Assembly: GCF_900079115.1 (NCBI RefSeq)
Contig: NZ_LT549890.1
Coordinates: forward strand, 1,380,001 to 1,412,000
From: Saccharolobus solfataricus
GTDB taxonomy: Archaea; Thermoproteota; Thermoprotei_A; Sulfolobales; Sulfolobaceae
DNA length: 32,000 bases
Direction: 5' to 3'
Positions 10,886 through 20,800 of the stretch are shown here, one piece after another. A model generated the notes under the pieces. The model saw nothing but the letters and a program-made list of their open reading frames with translations, searched no databases and was not told where the DNA came from. Numbering within the stretch: the first letter of the stretch is position 1; each line of letters begins with the position of its first letter. The position numbers and the translations under genes were made by a program.

Positions 10886-11805
10886 TCACATCACCAACTT
10901 GAAACCCCTATACTCCTTCCCCTCCCTTATACTTGACGCCAACTTTACCGCATGAGCCCTTATTGCTTGTATCAATGTTTTTGGATTATGATCACTCTCC
11001 TCCTTAACGTTCTCTTCCATTCCCTTCCTTATCAACTTAGCCAAATCTCCCCTACTGTTCTCCTCTATTAAACCCCCCTTAACCTTTAACCTAAAACCAC
11101 TTCTGAGAGCCCTAACTAATAAGAAGTCAATGTATGGTTTAAACATTTCTGAGAAATCGTAAACTAGACTCTCATTTCCAGGTCTATCTTTGTGTATAAA
11201 GCCTAGGTAGGGGTCTAACCCAGCTATAACCAGATATTTGAAAATTGTGTTATAAAGTATTGCGTAAGAGTAGTTCAATGCCATATTAAATTGGTCAGTC
11301 CCATCCACATCTCTACCGTCAAATCCAATATCCTTGGGTAGCAGTTGAGATATGTTCTGCCAATACACTCTAGCAGCAGCCGGTTCATCCTTATCCAACA
11401 ACTCCTTGTAATCGTTCTTAGTTCCAGTTACCCTAGCCCAATACTTTAAGTGTACACTTTGGTTGTAAATCTTTGAACTTATAATCTCCTCTCCGTATCT
11501 ATTGTCCTTCCTTACTACAATTGCCTCGTATTGAGCCTTCTTGGTCTTAACAGTCTCAGTTACGATAGAAGGTAATAATATCCCCCAAGGAGTCTCCCTA
11601 GAGTTCAAGAACATAACGCTTATACCATGAGTTAAGGCTAACGATAGGGCACTAGTTGAAATCGAACAAGACACAGTTATCAGTATTTCGTCGACTTCAG
11701 AAGGCGAAATCTCAACCTTCTTATCACCTTTCTTTATCACTAACATGTTCTTCTTGACGTAAACATATGCACCGTATTCAGATATTACTAAAGTCCTCAC
11801 GCTTA

Positions 11806-11809
<4 letters not shown>
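10886..11809 (-). CDS. cas1: Cas1 integrase
   Basis: A 307-aa ORF placed between csa1 and cas2, with a 4-nt overlap with csa1. Length and the alpha-helical C-terminal half (YSYAILYNTIFKYLVIAGLDPYLGFIHKDRPGNESLVYDFSEMFKP) are typical of Cas1. Confidence 0.93.
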
Positions 11810-12654
<845 letters not shown>

Positions 12655-12814
12655 AATATAATAGCAGTTGAAAAATCTAAAAACCGTTTTAAGGAGGGGG
12701 GTAAAAGAATTCCCGAATTTACTAGGGATTAACCTAGAATTAAGAAGATCATCTCTATATAAAGATTAATAATTAAACTAGGGAAAAAACTTACTTCATC
12801 GTTAAGAGAATAGT
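12655..12814. promoter_or_regulatory. Divergent control region between csa1 and leader 2
   Basis: An AT-rich 160-bp gap. ACTAGGG occurs twice (12721-12727 and 12777-12783). The first copy is part of the small palindrome CTAGG-GATTAA-CCTAG (12722-12737). A TATA-like CTATATAAAG lies near 12755. These are candidate Csa3a or other regulator sites; this is speculative. Confidence 0.3.
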
Positions 12815-13045
<231 letters not shown>

Positions 13046-14017
13046 GATAATCTCTTATAGAATTGAAAGATGCCAGTATGGTATCTGCACTATACCCTTG
13101 TAAGTTGGATAATCTCTTATAGAATTGAAAGGATCTACGGGATTGTCGACCTATACAACATGTTTGCCCGATAATCTCTTATAGAATTGAAAGATCGCTG
13201 ATTTGATGAAAGAGATCTCTGATGAGATGATGTCGATAATCTCTTATAGAATTGAAAGTCAGTACCGCCCGCTTTCCTCTGTTCTGTCACACCCACGATA
13301 ATCTCTTATAGAATTGAAAGGCATACTACTATGGCCTAGCAAAAAGCCTATCTGCAAAATTTGATAATCTCTTATAGAATTGAAAGTAGCACGATTACAA
13401 AGTTGAGTTTCTGCCACGCCCCCAAGATAATCTCTTATAGAATTGAAAGGTACGATACCAAGCGCCTTACCTCTTTCCTCTAAATATGATAATCTCTTAT
13501 AGAATTGAAAGCAACACAGCCACGACACGCCCGGTACTTACACACAAACCGATAATCTCTTATAGAATTGAAAGATCGTTATTAACGAGGCGAATGACGT
13601 GTTCAGGTATACCGATAATCTCTTATAGAATTGAAAGGTTTTCCCCTGGGCTATCCATTCGGTGATCTCCCCGTTTACGATAATCTCTTATAGAATTGAA
13701 AGTCAACTTCTCCTACAATTCTATCTTAGCATTAAAGAATTGATAATCTCTTATAGAATTGAAAGTTCCTCCAGCTGAAGAGTCCAGAAGACGTAACTGA
13801 AGGAGGATAATCTCTTATAGAATTGAAAGAAAGATATAATTCTGCATAGATTTTCTGTGACAGAAAGAGGGGATAATCTCTTATAGAATTGAAAGCATGT
13901 TTACGCCTTTAGAAGAAAGAGAATCAGTGGGCGGATAATCTCTTATAGAATTGAAAGACTGCTCCCCTGTTCTGTCCACAATCACGATACGCCGATAATC
14001 TCTTATAGAATTGAAAG

Positions 14018-14326
14018 GCCAACGTTTCTGCAATCTCTTCTCTACGTGCAGAAAAAAATGGAACAGCCACAGTATTTCCGGAAACTGCTACCGATCTGAG
14101 GAAGAAGAAAGTAGAGGTCGAGGAAACTAAGGCACATGCGCTAGTCCACGGCGCTCTGGGGAATTTGAAGGCAGGGACTACAATGACGTTGGAAAAGTTC
14201 GGACAGAGAGTCGACAACTGGTTGGCATCCCACGGCGTAAGTTTCAAACCATCTGAAACGACAAAACAGCTCATAAAGGAGGTAAGACTACAAAGAGCCA
14301 GAAGAAAAAGGGCGAAAAACGCATAA
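14018..14326 (+). pseudogene. 3' fragment of an unknown gene, truncated exactly at the CRISPR repeat
   Basis: The frame is open from the first base after the repeat to the TAA at 14324-14326 (102 codons). The only in-frame ATG is at 14183. The translation runs ANVSAISSLRAEKNGTATVFPETATDLRKKKVEVEETKAHALVHGALGNLKAGTTMTLEKFGQRVDNWLASHGVSFKPSETTKQLIKEVRLQRARRKRAKNA. Confidence 0.5.
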
Positions 14327-14367
14327 GAAGCTATTTATTTTTTATTCTCTATTTCCTATTTTATTAT

Positions 14368-14820
14368 ATGGAAGAAACAATAGTTATTCCGGATATATTA
14401 GATCTTATCGAAAAGGATAAACTACCAAGAGAACTCTACGCCCCGGACGGCTTTTTGGTTTACAAACCGTACGATCCAGCTATTGAAAGTCCCCTATTAG
14501 TCAACAGAAAGAAATGGAAGCTGTTCGCCAACTATACGCCAATAGAAGGCAGACCAGAAGAGGACACATGGATTGTAAAGTTGAATACTACCGAACAGTA
14601 TGTGGAAATACACGATCCAGAGCTAGTTTGGCTACTTTATTACATTAGGGTGGTACACCCAGGAGCGACACCAGAAGAAGCAGTCAACCACGAACTAGCT
14701 GAAGTTGAAAAGGATGGTGGGAAGTTCAAAAATGACGACGAGTTGATTGGCTATGCGATGTACTTGTATACAGCCTTAGCAATCGCCATTGCCTACGGAC
14801 TCCTTGTCGTAGTCGAATGA
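14368..14820 (+). CDS. Hypothetical 150-aa protein with a C-terminal hydrophobic helix; no family recognised
   Basis: A complete ATG-to-TGA ORF. The AT-rich upstream stretch TTTCCTATTTTATTAT abuts the ATG, giving a leaderless-style layout. The C-terminus is YAMYLYTALAIAIAYGLLVVVE. A T6 tract follows directly after the stop. Confidence 0.6.
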   Translation: MEETIVIPDILDLIEKDKLPRELYAPDGFLVYKPYDPAIESPLLVNRKKWKLFANYTPIEGRPEEDTWIVKLNTTEQYVEIHDPELVWLLYYIRVVHPGATPEEAVNHELAEVEKDGGKFKNDDELIGYAMYLYTALAIAIAYGLLVVVE

Positions 14821-14856
14821 TTTTTTCTGATTAACCGGGGAGTTAATTCTTTTTTT
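14821..14856 (+). terminator. Oligo-T terminator candidates downstream of the insert ORF
   Basis: T6 at 14821-14826 and T7 at 14850-14856. Archaeal RNA polymerase terminates at such T-runs. Confidence 0.45.
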
Positions 14857-17800
14857 AACGAATAACGTATGTTCTACCCTTATAATGCCTTAGGAGCGCT
14901 GCATACAGATTCCTGTCGGATAATCTCTTATAGAATTGAAAGACATTGTACCAGTGAAGGAATATTTCGATGCTATTATGAGATAATCTCTTATAGAATT
15001 GAAAGTCTTTCTATCGAAGTACTTTGCCAATGCTTCCTTGAGGGATAATCTCTTATAGAATTGAAAGAGTTTATTTCTAGTAACTCACGCCACGTTCTTT
15101 CAATTGTGATAATCTCTTATAGAATTGAAAGGATGTTGAAGCGGAAGATAGTATAATCACCACCTTGACGATAATCTCTTATAGAATTGAAAGTCGGGTC
15201 ATCTGCATCCAATGTCACGTATAACAGCTGTGGATAATCTCTTATAGAATTGAAAGTACAACGAGTTTCATCTTCTTTATTTCATGCCACCGTTTTGGAT
15301 AATCTCTTATAGAATTGAAAGAAATGGGATGATGAGGGTGTTCAACAGATACAACACCGATAATCTCTTATAGAATTGAAAGCAGGATTACCTCTAGAAT
15401 ATAACGTACGTAGGGTGCATTTGATAATCTCTTATAGAATTGAAAGTACAAATAACTAAGAACGCTGACGATTTCGTGAAGACCGCGATAATCTCTTATA
15501 GAATTGAAAGCTTCATATGTTAAACCATAACAGATTGCACGTGCCACTAGATAATCTCTTATAGAATTGAAAGAGGACAGCATCAAGGAGTTCTGGTTGT
15601 AATTGTTTCTCGTATGATAATCTCTTATAGAATTGAAAGATCTCTCATTTCTTGGCTTACCCTCACACGAATTTGGGCTTGATAATCTCTTATAGAATTG
15701 AAAGACAGTAATGAGGTGTAACCCCTGAGACCTCAGGAGAAGATAATCTCTTATAGAATTGAAAGTGGGAATACGTCTATGACTTACTAATGCCAGCGAA
15801 AGAGAGATAATCTCTTATAGAATTGAAAGCCGTGCTTCACGCCCTGTTTCTCCAAAACAAGAAAGGAGATAATCTCTTATAGAATTGAAAGATGTACCCA
15901 TATGGGTGAACTTGAAGAAAAAATGGTTAAGATAATCTCTTATAGAATTGAAAGATGCTGTACAGTTCTGCAGTTATCTTTTGGCTTAGAAATAGTGATA
16001 ATCTCTTATAGAATTGAAAGTTCAGAAGAGGAAGAGGAAGCAGACAGAGCGGTGGGGCTGATAATCTCTTATAGAATTGAAAGTTCAGTTTGCTAACGCC
16101 TGGGCTATTGATCCTTTTGCCGATAATCTCTTATAGAATTGAAAGTTATTTTCGCAATGATAGCTGGATCGATACCGTTCTTTGCCGATAATCTCTTATA
16201 GAATTGAAAGGCCACATAGTATTGACTACGTGACGGGAATAATAACTGATAGATAATCTCTTATAGAATTGAAAGCTTCTATGGCCATGATTCTTGCCAT
16301 TGGACGAAGTCCTCGATAATCTCTTATAGAATTGAAAGATCATCGAGTACGGAAGATTCCTAGGGTGGAGATCATTAGATAATCTCTTATAGAATTGAAA
16401 GTTCGTTGCGTTTACCATGTTCATGTAAATTAATACTTGGGATAATCTCTTATAGAATTGAAAGTCTTCGTCATAGCCTGGTCTTCCTGCACGTCCGCAA
16501 AGATAATCTCTTATAGAATTGAAAGATTATCTTCACATTAAACCCCACTCCTAGAGTTGAATTTGAGATAATCTCTTATAGAATTGAAAGGTATCAGCAG
16601 TGAACCATTCATACTGGATGTTGCGAATCGATAATCTCTTATAGAATTGAAAGGATAATAATCAACGAGGCAAACTCCATGTTCTACAAACGATAATCTC
16701 TTATAGAATTGAAAGTTTCAAAGGGAAAATCTGAATAAATACGTCTGGAAATTGGATAATCTCTTATAGAATTGAAAGAGTTGCTTTTTATAGTTTCTCT
16801 GACTGTGCACTGTCATGGATAATCTCTTATAGAATTGAAAGAGCTCTTCTCATGAAAGTTTATAAATTTTGTAGTTACATACTGATAATCTCTTATAGAA
16901 TTGAAAGACAAAATAATTTCTAGTCCAAGCTTTCACGGCTGCTTCTGATAATCTCTTATAGAATTGAAAGTACTGCAATGCGCGTTTCAATGCTAACAAT
17001 GCTCCGATGATAATCTCTTATAGAATTGAAAGCTTCAAGAATGAGCAAACCGCAAGCACTTAAAAAGATTGATAATCTCTTATAGAATTGAAAGTAACTA
17101 CTGCAGTAGTATTTTTTGCGTTAGCTACAATGTGATAATCTCTTATAGAATTGAAAGTAATTTCTGCATAAATATCTTCCACAACACGTTTGCTTACGGA
17201 TAATCTCTTATAGAATTGAAAGTCTTCAAGGCTTAATTCGCCTTGTTGTGTCCCACCCTCTAGATAATCTCTTATAGAATTGAAAGAAAGTACTTAGTCG
17301 TATAACAGTCTTCTTGGGCGAGGGATAATCTCTTATAGAATTGAAAGACTCAAAAAGAGTTTGAAAATTTTGTTGAATTTGTAAAGATAATCTCTTATAG
17401 AATTGAAAGGTAACTGGGTCGTGGACTGTGTACAACGACGGCGATAATGATAATCTCTTATAGAATTGAAAGGAAACTCGTGCCAATTTGTTGAGTCAAA
17501 ACTTAAATAGAATGATAATCTCTTATAGAATTGAAAGCATGGTGGGGGGGCGTCAAAAATTCAGAAATATTTTGCATGATAATCTCTTATAGAATTGAAA
17601 GAACTCCTTTGCAATCCTATATCTAGTGTAGCCGTCTAAGATAATCTCTTATAGAATTGAAAGCTGCTCCATCAAACGGCCCCGTGAGGGATACTATGAA
17701 GATAATCTCTTATAGAATTGAAAGAATTTGAACATAATTCGGCCTCGTCAGTTTTCCACAGATAGATAATCTCTTATAGAATTGAAAGTCCCTAACTTAG

Positions 17801-20800
17801 GTTGGGGTAAAGAAATAGAACATAGATGATAATCTCTTATAGAATTGAAAGTTTACTGACAACGCCATCATACTTACTAGCCCAACTAAGATAATCTCTT
17901 ATAGAATTGAAAGGTCCATTCTCCATTTATCTCAACCTTATCACAAATTTGGAGATAATCTCTTATAGAATTGAAAGTCAGTTCTAGAAAGAATTATTAG
18001 CATTAGATCTTCTAGACTGATAATCTCTTATAGAATTGAAAGCTCTCTATCCCAGATGGAATTCCAAAGGATCAAGCAGGATAATCTCTTATAGAATTGA
18101 AAGATCTGAATTTCCTCAGCTTCCATTGCATAATTTATTCTAGATAATCTCTTATAGAATTGAAAGTATTTACCTTAATATTATGTATAATAGATAAGAG
18201 CTCCCTGATAATCTCTTATAGAATTGAAAGACTATGGACCTACTACAGGGCCTATCTGACTTTCTGTCGATAATCTCTTATAGAATTGAAAGTTATTGTC
18301 AGAAAAAGAAATTATACTCCGATTAATAGCGATAATCTCTTATAGAATTGAAAGGTCAAAATTGCCCAACCGAACGTTAGCAAAAATGCAGCACGATAAT
18401 CTCTTATAGAATTGAAAGTCCCTTTCAGATTTGCAATATGTTAGAGCGAGCTTCGCAAAGATAATCTCTTATAGAATTGAAAGGCTGAATTGTAAAATTA
18501 CGTTTATTACTTTCAGTCAACCGATAATCTCTTATAGAATTGAAAGGTTTTATTTATAAACGGCGGGTCTAGATAAAATACAGTTGATAATCTCTTATAG
18601 AATTGAAAGTCACTCTTTCAGTCATCATTCTCTTTGCTGAGATTGCTCTGATAATCTCTTATAGAATTGAAAGGCGAAAACAATAGCAGGCGAAATAGAA
18701 GATAAAATGATAATCTCTTATAGAATTGAAAGGCAATAGACAATATAAGGAAGAGCTTACCACCTAGAGGCGATAATCTCTTATAGAATTGAAAGCCTAG
18801 AGGCGTAGCGGGCTCACAAGAAAACATTAATGATAATCTCTTATAGAATTGAAAGAATGCCTGAAGCAATAACGCCCAAGTTACATGCTCTTGGATAATC
18901 TCTTATAGAATTGAAAGATCCCGCTACGGCAATCCCTACGAATAGATCGGCATTAGATAATCTCTTATAGAATTGAAAGGTGTATAAGCACATTAGTAGG
19001 ATTAGGCACGGTACAAGGATAATCTCTTATAGAATTGAAAGAATCACGAAAGCGATACTAAGGGCAATACAATACAAACATGGATAATCTCTTATAGAAT
19101 TGAAAGCTTATTTTGGTGTCAATAATCTGTATGTTGCCGTATTGCGATAATCTCTTATAGAATTGAAAGAGATTGTTTTATTAATACCAAGTAGACAATT
19201 ATATATTTTGATAATCTCTTATAGAATTGAAAGCCAAAACATGTCACATGTGCCGATATTGATATTTACAAAGATAATCTCTTATAGAATTGAAAGAAAT
19301 CTACCGATCAACGGACGAGGGGGAACGCTAAGAAGATAATCTCTTATAGAATTGAAAGGGGAGTTCCCATTCGATTTTGGGAACCCTCAAGCACAGTCTG
19401 TGGATAATCTCTTATAGAATTGAAAGTTGTGCGCCTAGAGTTGCTACGCCTTGTTTCCACACCTCATGATAATCTCTTATAGAATTGAAAGCTAACTTGT
19501 TAAAGTTCTGTTGTAGCTCGTTAAGTTGTGATAATCTCTTATAGAATTGAAAGGTTCCAGCTAAGATGTTCTTTCCTGCAGTCTTTGTTGATAATCTCTT
19601 ATAGAATTGAAAGAACTAAGCCTTCACTAGGTGAGATAAAGAGCATAGCTATGATAATCTCTTATAGAATTGAAAGATCCGTTCTCCGTCCCGATCCGTA
19701 CCGTTCTCTGTACTGATAATCTCTTATAGAATTGAAAGAGCATAACTTCATCTTCTTCTACAACTTCGACAGCTTGATAATCTCTTATAGAATTGAAAGT
19801 TAATTTATTGTCATCAAATCTATTTAGATACGCTAGTATTAGATAATCTCTTATAGAATTGAAAGATATTTCTTCGAATGGGTTTTCTGTATCACCTTCT
19901 TCATGATAATCTCTTATAGAATTGAAAGCATTTGTTATCAACTGTCCGGGTCCAGCGCTAGATGCGGTGATAATCTCTTATAGAATTGAAAGCAAAGTCA
20001 GAGCTGGACTATCGTAGACATCTATAATAGATAATCTCTTATAGAATTGAAAGACGTAGCCTAGACTTGCTATAACTCCGTTGTATTGCCCGATAATCTC
20101 TTATAGAATTGAAAGATACCAACAGCAACAACAAACTTATTCTTCGCTCATACAGATAATCTCTTATAGAATTGAAAGACGAACACACCCCTTAAAACTC
20201 TTTTTCCAACATTCACCTGATAATCTCTTATAGAATTGAAAGCAAAGTCAGAGCTGGACTATCGTAGACATCTATAATAGAGGATAATCTCTTATAGAAT
20301 TGAAAGTCTTAGCGAACTTGCAAAATATTCCGACCAAAGCTAATAGATAATCTCTTATAGAATTGAAAGTCAGGTGAGGAAGATGGTCTCCAAAACTACT
20401 GTTATTGGTGATAATCTCTTATAGAATTGAAAGGAGAGCTACAAACACGCTACCTAATAAAATTTCCAGATTGTAGGATAATCTCTTATAGAATTGAAAG
20501 ATACAGATTTCGTTATCCATATCCTACATGACTTTCCGATAATCTCTTATAGAATTGAAAGATACATCGATCTTGTAATTAGATATCCATTGACTGTTAT
20601 GATAATCTCTTATAGAATTGAAAGATGGAATAGGCTCTCAACAGCAGTATAATTGGCAAGTATTGATAATCTCTTATAGAATTGAAAGTCTACTCTTATA
20701 ATTCCGTTACTTATCTTAACAGAGAACGGATAATCTCTTATAGAATTGAAAGCGTTTCTATTGCAAGGTCTGAGATTTTTGGCCTGAGTAGATAATCTCT

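Larger units (their letters stand above)
14018..14918 (+). other. Non-CRISPR insert occupying one spacer position, presumably foreign DNA
   Basis: It is flanked by perfect repeats at 13994-14017 and 14919-14942. It holds a 5'-truncated ORF, a complete 150-codon ORF and oligo-T tracts. No IS-like termini are present. Confidence 0.9.

Noticed and set aside
13924-14274. 116-aa minus-strand ORF overlapping the left part of the insert
   Set aside because: It runs into two CRISPR repeats (its C-terminus is FQFYKRLS). It is antisense to a plus-strand frame that translates to a more protein-like sequence.
19427-20091. Spacers 19427-19467 and 20054-20091 share GCCTAGA[G/C]TTGCTA near their 5' ends, possibly a second pair targeting diverged variants
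   Set aside because: The similarity is a 13/14 core only and the remainder needs indels that break the frame. A rough estimate gives a few such matches by chance among all spacer pairs. It is worth a BLAST search but not claimable.
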